Shown here: piece by piece, positions 38,627 through 49,498 of the stretch
Layout: each line of letters starts with the position of its first letter
Position numbering within the stretch: the first letter of the stretch is position 1
Assembly: GCA_964016885.1 (NCBI GenBank)
Contig: OZ024743.1
Location: 248,062,001-248,126,000, forward strand
Reading direction: 5' to 3'
DNA from: Eledone cirrhosa
Taxonomy: Eukaryota
Length of the DNA stretch: 64,000 bases
Program-made: the position numbers and the translations under genes
The notes under the pieces: generated by a model
Database searches by the model: none
Seen by the model: the letters and a program-made list of their open reading frames with translations, nothing else
Told to the model about the DNA's origin: nothing

Positions 38627-39228
38627 TGGTGGCTGCCAACTCGTTTTCGAGTACGGCCACTACTTTATATCCATGTAGGAGAACCCCTACCGATGCGCTG
38701 AACGAGTATGACTTTTTAGTCCAGCCAGCAACTTGAAAACTCTGGTACAAACACTACACTTGTGACAATTATTGACACATAGTGCTGGGCCCATGGTACC
38801 ATGTGACGAAAAAGGCAGAGAGATCTCCAGATAGAAAGCAATGCCTGTGCCGTGAAGCTTTTATAGTGAGCAAAGGCACTGCACAAAGCCAGTCCCACTC
38901 TCTTAACCAAGATGATATTTACCAAAAAGAAGAACAAGTCAACATCATTGGATACCATCAGGGTTGCAGGTGTTATATCAGAGTTTTCCTTCTCTTAGAA
39001 TTCTGTCTTGACAAAGGCTAAGGGGTCATCTCTCCCAGTGATTTTGGATGGCCATTGACTCTTAAGAGGCCCTTTGACAGGTTTTGATTTTAGTCCTGCA
39101 GGATGTCCAAAGTCACCCTCCTCACCAAGAAACTTTGGTGGGGTTGCCAGTTTAGTCGCCAACGACCCGACCATGAGACAGGTTGTACTGGGATACATGT
39201 TACCAGTAGCTCCAACTGGTGACCTGAC
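38627..39228 (-). mobile_element. Short internally deleted RTE-type element (5' UTR-like start plus C2H2 finger and 3' end)
   Basis: The minus strand ends HKCSVCTRVFKLLAGLKSHTRSAHR* followed by hairpin actcg-aaaa-cgagt. Both ends abut (TA)n and no RT sequence is present. Confidence 0.6.
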
Positions 39229-39290
39229 ATATGTATATATATACATATATATATACATATATATATATATACATATATATATGTGGATTT

Positions 39291-39351
39291 TTTCATTCTG
39301 ATGATTGAAAGCAAAATTTGTTTGCTTTTAAGAAACCAATGGTAAATGAAA
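39291..39351 (+). ncRNA. Type I hammerhead ribozyme motif in a (TA)n-flanked ~165-bp element (39283-39447)
   Basis: tttcatt-CTGATGA-ttgaaagcaaa atttg tttgcttttaa-GAAA-cc aat g-GTA-aatgaaa. 7-bp stem I, 11-bp stem II, 3-bp stem III; predicted cut after 39344. Confidence 0.88.
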
Positions 39352-39469
39352 TAATTGCCTTATGTTGTTTATTACATAACTATTAAGCTCTGTTACCTAC
39401 ATAGAGCACTCTTTTTTCCTGGACTTTTCTGACGGAGTTACTTCATTTATATATATATATATATATAAA

Positions 39470-40186
39470 AAAGTGCAGGGCAATAAAAATAGACAGTAGC
39501 CACGGAGTAGGCAGACACAGAAAAACCTGGGACGACTTGATAAATTCCGACCTCACACACTTACACCTCTCCAAGACAATGTCACTGGACCGAGATCTTT
39601 GGCGCTACACAGTAATACAGAAGACCCGCCTTACCTAAGTACAAAGTGAAACCTACTACAGTCAGTAGGCATCTCTAACAAAAATACACCCGTCCCACCA
39701 CCCCTTTCAATGTAAAGTTATGTTGGTACCACAACATCCAGTCCGAAACAAATGAGTTCGTGTAGGTGTCACGACAAAAAAACACACAGTCCACGCTGTA
39801 ATGTGGCCATGTAGGTAACATGGTAAAAACCTCCCAGTCCACACTGTAAACGTGGTTGGTGTGAGTAAGGGCATCCAGCCGTAGAAAACCCGCAGACAGT
39901 CCTATGCGAGCAAGACAACCACTCTTGCCTCAAGTGGGAAAACTCCCGTCCAAACCCATGCATGGAAGTTTTCCCACTTGAGGCAAGAGTGGTTGTCTTG
40001 TTCGCATAGGACTGTCTGGCGGGTTTTCTACGGCTGGATGCCCTTCCTAACACCAACCACATTTACAGTGTGGACTGGGAGGTTTTTACCGTGTTACCTA
40101 CACGGCCACATTACAGCATGGACTGTGTGTTTTTTTGTCGTGACACCTACACGACCTCATTTGTTTCGGACTGGATGTGGTACCAA
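39470..40186. mobile_element. RTE LINE 3' end (+) fused tail-to-tail to an inverted copy of its 3' UTR
   Basis: 39470-39965 matches 45735-46250. 39968-40186 is the reverse complement of ~39720-39945. Confidence 0.85.
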
Positions 40187-40200
40187 TATACATATATATA

Positions 40201-42558
40201 TCATCATCATCATCATCATCATCGTTTAACATCCATTTTCCACACTAGCATGGGTTTGACAGGAGTTGTCCCACTTGAGACAAGGCTGGTCGGGTGACCT
40301 TTCTCGCTCATATAGGACTATTTGGCAGGGTTTCTATGGCTGGATGCCCTTCCTAACACCAACCACATTTGCAGTGTGGAACTGGGAACTTTTTACCGTG
40401 TTACCTACACGGCCACATTACAGCGTGGACTGTGTGTGTTTTTTGTTGTGACAGCTACACGATCTCGATCTCATTTTCTCGTGCTGTTGGTGGGAGTGGT
40501 AGGATAGGGTAGGGGTAGTGGATTGGGGTGTATATTTGGTTAAGAGGTGCCTACTGACTGTAGGTTTCGCTTTGTACATAGGCAAGGTGGGTCTTCTGTA
40601 TTACTGCATAGCCCCAAAAATCTTGGTCCAGAGACATTGTCTTAGAGAGATGTAAGTGTGTGAGGTCGGAATTTATCAGATCATCCCAGGTTTTTCTGGG
40701 TCTACCTACTCCGTAACTTCCATCAATTTTGATCGCCCTGCACTTTTTTATGCAGCTGTCGTCTTTCATACGCATCACGTGACCATACCAACGTAGTCTT
40801 CTCTCAAGTAAACAGCATCTGATCCCTCTTATTCCTCATTTCTCACTTAGTTCATTTATGCTTTGCCGTTCACGTATGTTACTATTACACATCCAACGGG
40901 CATGTATGTTTCGTTCCTTTCCAGTCTACGCAGGTCCTCTGCATGTAATGCCCATGTCTCACTGCCATGTAGCATTGCTGTTCATATACAGGCATCATAC
41001 AATCTGCCTTTCATTTTTAGAGAGAAACCTTTTGTGGCCAACAGCTGTATAAGCTCTCTGAACTTTTTCGATCCTGTTCTGACTCTGGCTACTGTACTTT
41101 CAGAACACCCTCCACCACTGCTGATTTCATCACCCAGGTAATGGAAAGTGTCTACTATTTCTATAGAACCATCTGGGCAATAGAAGGAGCTAGTATCCTT
41201 TGGACACTTGGTACTTATTGCACCTGAGCATTGGCCACATATAAAGTCTACGTTCTTAGATAGTTTACCTGTGATCCCACTACATCTTTTATGTACCCAT
41301 ACTTTGCATTTGGGACATAAAATGGAATTTCTGCCTACGCCTTTCCTACACACTGAGCATGGCCATTTCCCTGAGGGCACCTGTGCCCTATTTTCCTTTC
41401 TACAAATTAGAACTTTAGTCTTAGACAAGTTAACTTTAAGGCCTTTTGATTCTAGGCCATGCTTCCATGTTTCGAATTTCTTCTCTAGTTCAGCCATTGA
41501 TTCAGCTATGAGCGTTAGATCATCTGCGTATAGGAGTTCCCATGGGCAGCTGGTCTTGAACTCCTCTGTTATAGCCTGAAGGGCAATAATAAATAAGAGG
41601 GGGCTAAGGACAGAGCCTTGATGAACGCCAATTTTTACACTAAATTCTTCACAAAATTCATTGTTAATTCTAGCCTTACTGACTGTTTCATTATACATAG
41701 CTTGTATAGCTCTCACAAGCCATTCATCTACACCTAGTTTTCTAAGAGCCCACCAGATAATGGAGTGGAGGACTCTGCCAAAGGCTTTCTCCAGGTCTAC
41801 AAAAGCTAAGTAGAATGGTTTACTTTTAGCTAGGTACTTCTCCTGTAGTTGTCGTACAAGGAAAAGAGCATCTGTGGTACTTTTACCTGACACAAACCCA
41901 AACTGCATTTCATCTAGATCAATTCGCTCTCTGATTAGTTGCACTATAACTCTTTCTGTGACCTTCATGACCTGGTCAACTAACTTAATGCCTCTATAGT
42001 TTCCCCTATCTAGAGCATCCCCTTTACCCTTGTAGCAGTTAATGATGATGCTGCTACGCCAGTCTTTCGGTGTGACCCCATTCTGTATTACTTGGTTAAC
42101 TATACGGGTGACTATAGTGTGTCCCACCATACCAGATGCCTTCAACATCTCAGCAACTATCTCCGAAGGCCCAGCAGCCTTGCCTGTCTTCATATCTTTG
42201 ATTGCCTTACTTATACTACCTTTAACTTGCACCGCTGGTCCTTCTATTGGATCGATTTGGGGCAGACTATCTTTTTCCCATTTATTCTCCTCATTTAATA
42301 GTCTCTCGTAGTGACACTTCCAAGCTACCTTCTTATCAGTATCAGTGAGCGCAAGTACACCATTATCATTACGGACACACTTCTCCCCAACAATATCACA
42401 GTTTTCCTTGACACATTGTCTAGCAATCCTAAACACCTCACATTTTTGGTCCTCGCGTTGTAGAACATGCTTGAACTTTCTATCCTCTGCTACCCTTTTT
42501 GTAAGGTACACTTGTCTCCTAGCCACTTGATAGTGCTCTCTACTTACCCCATCCTGCC
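40201..42558 (-). mobile_element. 5'-truncated RTE-clade LINE with PHD-like finger
   Basis: [31 protein letters not shown] and C4HC3, with downstream stops and frameshifts and a (GAT)n tail. The N-terminal part of ORF 40982-42925 is microsatellite. Confidence 0.95.
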
Positions 42559-42576
42559 ATACACACACACACATAT

Positions 42577-42609
<33 letters not shown>

Positions 42610-42637
42610 AATATATATATATAAATATATATATATA

Positions 42638-42683
<46 letters not shown>

Positions 42684-42686
42684 CAT

Positions 42687-42721
<35 letters not shown>

Positions 42722-42909
42722 AATATATATATATACATATATATACATACATATATATATACATATATATACATACATATATACATATATATACATACAT
42801 ATATACATATATATACATACATATATATATACATATATATACATATATATATACATATATATACATACATATATATATACATATATATACATATATATAT
42901 ATACATATA
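42559..42909. repeat. Compound (CA)n/(TA)n/(TATAA)/(TACA) microsatellite
   Basis: Low-complexity run between two head-to-head LINEs. Confidence 0.97.
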
Positions 42910-45900
42910 GATCCGGGGAACACACAAGCCAGGTAGATTATATCCTTACCAGAAGACGTGACAGAGTGTCTGTTGTAAACACTAAATCCCTCCCCCATGA
43001 AGAATGCACCTCCCAACATAGACTGATAATTAGCGACCTCATAGTCAGGACGAGACGTACTCGACAGCAGAAGAGGACTATCCTCAGGAGAAAAATATGG
43101 CAGCTAAAGGACCCCACAGCCAGAAATAAATTTCAAAGCATATTACTTGATGCTTTCGACAGTAAGGAAGAGCATTTAGAGTCGGACAATATAGAGGGAC
43201 AGTGGGAATTTCTGAAAGCAAACCTGCTGATGGCGACAGACGAAGTCTGTGGCTGGAGCAGGCCTGTAGGCAGGAGGAGAGTAACATGGTGGTGGAACAG
43301 TAAGGTGGAGGGGTCAACTAAGGCCAAAAAGCAGGCTTGGAAAGTATGGCGGGATGGGGGAAGTAGAGAAGACTATCAAGTGGCCAGGAGGGAAGCTAGG
43401 AGACAAGTGTACTTCGCAAGAAGGGAAGCAGAGGAAAGAAAGTTCAAGCATGTTCTACAACGCGAGGACCAAAAATGTGAGGTGTTCAGGATTGCTAGGC
43501 AATGCGTCAAGGAAAACCGTGCTATTGTCAGGGAGAAGTGTGTACTTAATGATGACGGCGTACTTGCCGATGTAGTGACCTACATTCCGCGGGCTCACAT
43601 ACATTCTCTGTGCGTGATTTGGCTCAATTCAGCCAATCAGCGCCAGTAGAAGAGGATGTATCCCTACGCGCCCTGAGGAAGAAATTCCCCGCGAAGATTT
43701 GAAGAATCTCGCTCTTGTACCAGAAACTTCGAGCCAGCAACACGCGTAATGTAGCAGTGAGATATTGCACCCCTAGCCTCGCCGGCTTAACGGCGCAATG
43801 GCACATTCCCTTTTGTAACCTCTTTTTATCTGTAACTTCAACCATATAAATAAACAAACATTTCATCTCTAATTACTGCGGTTGAAGTCGTTATTATGTT
43901 ACTCGTGTCTCAATAACAACTTTAATCCATGCTGCTGGAATTGGCGACCTGACGAAAGGAATATTGTAAATAGATGGTAAATAGATCGAGGGACCTTCCC
44001 TCACGTCTATGTCAACAAGATAATCCAACAAGGATACTATCACTTACCACACTGGCAACTAACGACCACTGATTCTACCACCCTGCTAAAGTGGCGATAA
44101 CATCTATAACTAATACTGCTAAACTATCACCGACACTGATAAGAAGGTAGCTTGGAAGTGTCACTATGAAAGGCTACTAAATGGGGAGAATAAATGGGAG
44201 AAAGACAGCCTCCCCCACATCGACCCAATAGAGGGACCAGCAGTGCTAGTCGAGGGGAGTATAATAAGTAAGGCAATCAAGGATATGAAGACGGGTAAGG
44301 CGGCTGGGCCTTCGGAAATAGTTGCTGAGATGCTGAAGGCATCTGGCACGGTGGGACAGACCATGGTCACCCGCATAGTTAACCAAGTCGTACAGAATGG
44401 GGTTGTTCCGAAGGACTGGCATAGCAGCATCATCGTTAACTGTTATAAGGGTAAAGGAGATGCCCTAGATAGGAGTAACTATAGAGGCATTAAATTAATC
44501 AACCAGGTCATGAAGGTCACGGAAAAAGTAATAGCGCAACTAATCAGAGAGAGAATTGACCTAGATGAAATGCAGTTCGGGTTTGTGTCAGGCAAAAGTA
44601 CCACAGACGCTCTTTTCATTGTACGACAACTACAGGAGAAGTACCTAGCTAAAGGTAAACCCCTCTACTTAGCTTTTGTCGACTTGGAGAAAGCCTTCGA
44701 CAGAGTCCCCTGCTCCATTATCTGGTGGGCTCTTAGAAAACTAGGGGTTGACGAATGGCTTGTGAGAGCTATACAAGCCATGTATAAAGAAACAGTCAGC
44801 AAGGTTAGAATTAACAACGAATATAGTGAAGAGTTTAGCGTAAAAGTTGGCGTCCATCAGGGCTCTGTTCTCAGCCCCCTACTATTTATTATTGCCCTTC
44901 AGGCTATAACAGAGGAGTTCAAGACCGGCTGCCCATGGGAACTCCTATACGCAGATGACCTGACACTCATAGCTGAATCAATGGCCGAGCTAGAGAAGAA
45001 ATTCCAAACATGGAAGCACGGCCTAGAATCAAAAGGACTTAAAATTAACCTGGCTAAGACTAAAGTTCTAGTTTGTAGGAAAGAAAATAAGGCGGCGGTC
45101 CCTTCTGGGAAATGGCCATGCTCAGTGTGTAGGAAAGGCGTAGGTAGAAACTCCATTTTATGTCCCAAATGCAAAGTATGGGTACATAAAAGATGTAGTG
45201 GGATCACAGGTAAGCTAACTAAGAACATAGATTTTACATGTGGCCGGTGCTCTGGTGCAATAAGTAGCAGCAAGTGCCCACAAAATACTAGCTCTTTCAA
45301 TTGCGCAGAGGGTTCTATAGAAATAGTGGACAGCTTCCGTTACCTGGGCAACAAAATCAGCAGTGGGGGAGGGTGCTCTGAAAGTACAGTAGCTAGAGTC
45401 AGAACTGGTTGGAAAAAGTTCAGAGAGGTTATACCACTATTAGCTGCTAAAGGGTTCTCCCTAAAAATGAAAGGCAGGTTGTATGATGCCTGCATACGAA
45501 CAGCAATGTTGCATGGCAGTGAGACCTGTGCATTGTGTGCAGAGGATATACGCAGACTAGAGAGGAACGAAGCTTGCATGCTCCGCTGGATGTGTAACAG
45601 TAATATACGTGAATGGCAAAGCATAACCGAACTAAGGAAAAAATTAGAAATAAGAGGGATCAGATGTTGTTTACTCGAGAGAAGGCTACGTTGGTATGGA
45701 CACGTGATGCGCATGAAAGTCGATAGCTGTATAACAAAGTGCAGGGCAATAAAGATAGACGGTAGCCACGGAATAGGCAGACCTAGAAAAACCTGGGACG
45801 AGCTGATAAACTCCGACCTCACACACTTACACCTCTCCAAGACAATGTCACTGGACCGAGACCTTTGGCGGTACTCAGTAACAGAGAAGACCCGCCTTAC

Positions 45901-46296
45901 CTAAATACATAGTAAAACCTACTACAGCCAGTAGGCATCTCTAACAAAATACACCCCGTCCCACCACCCCCACCGCATCCACACCACCCCGTTCTATGTA
46001 AAGTTATGTTGGTGCCGCGCCGTCCAGGCTGAAACAAATGAGATCGTGTAGGTGTCACGACAAAAAAACAAACAGTCCACGCTGTAATGTGGCCGTGTCG
46101 GCAACACAGTAAAAACCTCCCAGACCCACACTGTAAATGTGGTTGGTGTTAGGAAGGGCATCCAACTGTAGAAAACCTGCCAGACAGTCCTATGCGAGCA
46201 AGACAATCACTCTTGCCTCAAGTGGGAATACCCCCGTCCAAACCCATGCAAGTGTGGAACACGGACGTTAAACGTTGATGATGATGATGATGATGA
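42910..46296 (+). mobile_element. RTE-clade LINE (APE end, RT, PHD-like finger, 3' UTR), interrupted by an LTR fragment
   Basis: SQVDYIL and SQHRLI (APE C-terminus), TWWWN, and ORF 44243-45904 with YADD and C4HC3. (GAT)n tail. The frame is open on each side of the 43569-44126 insert. Confidence 0.95.
43569..44126 (+). mobile_element. LTR-like segment (43571-44051) plus ~75 bp, inserted in the LINE ORF
   Basis: TGTAGTGA...TTACCACA, homologous to 6071-6459. Absent from the paralogous LINE at ~42345. Confidence 0.7.
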
Positions 46297-46480
46297 TATA
46301 AATGAAAAATGGCGTGCTGCGTTGTTGTGAATGTGATACATTACAATTAAAAAAGAATAAAAAAATAAAAAAATAGAATGGGACTATCCATCATCAGTGA
46401 TCTGGCCATCATATTTCTTCGCTATATATACATATATATATACATATATATATACACACTTATATATATATGTACATAAA

Positions 46481-46561
<81 letters not shown>

Positions 46562-46755
46562 CGTTTCTGAATTTGTTTAGCAAGATTCTTTATCTGAAAA
46601 CGTGTGTTGAAACCGATATTGTTATGCTTTGGGAGGGTCATGTTGCCAATAAGAAACACATGCACCAGTTGATTTCACTTCAATCTATTATAAATTAAAT
46701 TTATAAATTTCTGGTTGGTTGGTTGGTTCCACAACCAGACGATTGTTCATATATT

Positions 46756-46798
46756 GTCAAAGTTCTTTCGTCACACATTCTGTGACCTCTTCAGTGAC
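46756..46798 (-). ncRNA. Type I hammerhead ribozyme motif (left arm)
   Basis: Reverse complement of 46915-46957. Confidence 0.75.
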
Positions 46799-46914
46799 TG
46801 GGGATTCTTTTCTTTGTTTTTGTGCCTCTCCTTTGTTCTGTGTTACGCCAACTCCAGAAGATGGCGTAGGACAGAACAAAGGAGAGGCACAAAAACAAAG
46901 AAAAGAATCCCCCA

Positions 46915-46957
46915 GTCACTGAAGAGGTCACAGAATGTGTGACGAAAGAACTTTGAC
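46915..46957 (+). ncRNA. Type I hammerhead ribozyme motif (right arm)
   Basis: gtca-CTGAAGA-g gtcaca gaatg tgtgac-GAAA-gaa-CTT-tgac. Confidence 0.75.
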
Positions 46958-47101
46958 AATATATGAACAATCGTCTGGTTGTGGAACCAACCAACCAGAA
47001 ATTTATAAATTCTTAAATTTATAAATTTAATTTATAATAAATTGGAGTGAAAGCAACTGGTGTGTGTGTTTCTTATTGGCAACATGACCCTCCCAAAGCA
47101 T

Positions 47102-47156
<55 letters not shown>

Positions 47157-47160
<4 letters not shown>

Positions 47161-47459
47161 TGTGAGTTCAATTCTCGGACCAGGTGATGTGTTGTTTCCT
47201 TGAGCAAGACACTTTATTTCTCCTTGCTCCAGTTTACTCAGCTGTAGAAATGAGATGATAGGACTGGGGTGGTCCCTATCATTCCACTGTAAAGTGGCCA
47301 TGGCAAAAAAGCACCCAGCCCACACTGTAATTGAGGTTGGTGTTAGGAAGGGCATCCAGCTGTAGAAATCAAGCCAAAATCAGTTCCCGTATGAGCAAGA
47401 CAACCCGTCTATCCCATGCTAGCGTGGAAGAACGGATGTAAAACGGCGATGATGATGAT
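47157..47459 (+). mobile_element. 5'-truncated CORE-like/RTE-tail SINE
   Basis: Same family as 27411-27730, inserted in (TA)n. Confidence 0.8.
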
Positions 47460-47523
47460 ATATATATAACCCATGCTAGAGTGGAAAATGGACGTTAAAC
47501 GAAGATGATGATGATGATATATA

Positions 47524-48943
47524 CATATGTGGTCCATCGTGCTGTAGTTTTTCCGGAAGCCGGCTTGCTCTCTCGGTTGCTGTTCATCCAGATGACGTGA
47601 TAACCTGTTCAGGATTATCTTCATGAACAGCTTGTACACGTGAGACAGCAGGCATATGGGTCGGTTGTTCTTTAGATCTTCTCTATTGCCCTTCTTGTAT
47701 AGCAGGATGGTATTCGACTCTTTCCACTGCGAGGGTATTCTTCCCTCGTCCAGATATGTGTGAATCGCTCTGCGAGGATTTTCCAGAGGTGCTCTTTGCC
47801 TGACTTCAACACCTCCGAAGTTATGCTGTCTTTCCCTGGCGCTTTTCCGCTTTTCATCAAAAGAATACAAGATGCCTCTTTGCGTCGCGTTCGTAGACTA
47901 CGAGAAGGCCTTCAACAGCGTCAAAATCAACGCAGTTCTGAACTCGCTGCAGGGGCAAGGAGTCGAGGCGCAATACGTTCAACTGCTCAAGGAGGCGAGT
48001 TCCGGATGCACTACCGACATAGCTCTGCTGTCATCACCCGTATGAGTGCAGTCGAGAAGGGAGTGAAGCAAGGAGATACGATCTCTCCAAAACTTTTTAC
48101 TGCGTGTCTCGAGCAGATCATCAGAGGCATTGACTGGCAAGGCGGTGTCATACTTACCCACCTCCGTTTCACTGATGACATCGTACTCATCACTGAAACC
48201 ACGGATCAGCTTCAGACCATGCTGACGGAGCTCGACATCAAAAGCTCTGCAGTAGGCCTCAAGATGAACCGCATGAAAACGAAGTTCATGCGATCCGACA
48301 ACGTACCAACAGGTCGAATGGTGGTTGGCGGTGATGAAATAGAGGAGGTGGAGGAATACGTCTACCTGGGACAAGAAGTGAACATGCGCCGAGACATTGA
48401 GAGAGAGATCTCGCAGAGAGTAAGGGCTGGATGGAAGGCGTTCAATGGCATAAGGGATGTGCTCAAGGGGAGGTTGGACAAGACCACTCGCGCCAACCTC
48501 TTCAATAGCACAGTTTTACCTGCAATGTTATATGGCAGTGAAACTTGGGCTACAACGAAGAGAGACGAGCAGAGGCTGGTAACGGCTCAAAGAGCCATGG
48601 AGAGATCAATGCTAGGAATCTCGTTGAGAGAGTACATCAGGAGCGAAGTCATCAGACAGAAGTCCGGCGTGAGGGACGTCATCACGGAATATATGCGCAG
48701 CAAGTTCAGATGGGCTGAACAAGTCTCCTGGTTCACCGATAATCGCTGGACCCGTGCAGTTGCCGAGTGGTACCTGCGCAGGCAGAAACGACCACTCGGA
48801 AGGCCTCCACGAGGGTGGAGTTACGATTTTAAGAATACGATTGGGACTACATGGATGAGGAAAGCACAATCCAGAGAGTAATGGACGGCATGCTGTAACC
48901 AGCGGCGCTGAATGGATGCCCAACAGATTGGTCAGTCAAGGTG
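47524..48943 (+). mobile_element. Second RTE family LINE with inverted 5' segment (47524-47859 minus, 47861-48943 plus)
   Basis: Minus: MKSGKAPGKD...RPICLLS...QAGFRKNYSTMDHI. Plus: EYKMPLCVAFVDYEKAF...GVKQGDTISPKLF...FTDDIVL...YVYLGQ...RPLGRPP. Confidence 0.92.
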
Positions 48944-48975
48944 ATATACATATATATATACATATATATATATAT

Positions 48976-49230
48976 ATAATACAAATAGTGAAAACAACGA
49001 AATTAAACAAAATACGGGTAATTCATAAAAAATAATGAGTTTTACTATGAATTACCCATATTTTGTTTAATTTCATTGTTTCACTATTTGTATTATTTTG
49101 ACTCTGCTTCCAATGAGTTATATCGTTGAAATTTTGTATTTTAAACTTTGCTTCACAACATCTACATACGGATTACATTGAGTTCTTCATACGGCTTGGA
49201 CCCTATCATTAATTGGTGGATTTATCTGCG
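48976..49230. mobile_element. (TA)n-flanked fold-back element without a visible ribozyme core
   Basis: Inverted arms ~48976-49028 and ~49047-49097 plus a unique tail. Confidence 0.6.
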
Positions 49231-49257
49231 TATATATATATATATACATATATACAT

Positions 49258-49477
49258 AACGAAAGAGGTGTGGTAAGGAACCAGATGGACCATAACGCAC
49301 CAGAGTACTCAATACTTAGGGTAGTAGAATGGGTAATAGGAAAATGTTTGACCCCGACGGCAGAGCTGAAGCTGTTTCGACGGCTATTTCTGGACTAAAT
49401 TCATTCACTATTTAGTCCAGAAATAGCTGTCGAAACGGCTTGAGCTCTGCCGTCGGGGTCAAACATTTTCCTATTAC
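49258..49477. mobile_element. (TA)n-flanked fold-back element homologous to 30860-31030
   Basis: Arms 49333-49400 and 49410-49477. Contains cGAAACggc but no CTGANGA. Confidence 0.65.
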
Positions 49478-49498
49478 ATATATACATATATATACATA

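Larger units (their letters stand above)
46562..47109. mobile_element. (TA)n-flanked ~490-bp palindrome with two hammerheads
   Basis: Arms 46616-46850 and 46862-47109 around an 11-nt loop, with a unique tail at 46562-46615. Confidence 0.85.

Noticed and set aside
42540-43019. Y/I/M/C-rich ORFs (also 51652-52023, 46384-46665, 37418-37765)
   Set aside because: They are translations of (TA)n/(TACA)n microsatellites.
46385-46402. CTGATGA on the minus strand of a TA-flanked unit
   Set aside because: No GAAA half follows, so it is at most a truncated remnant.
46715-46994. Mirror-image ORFs on both strands
   Set aside because: A by-product of the palindrome with no recognisable protein motif.
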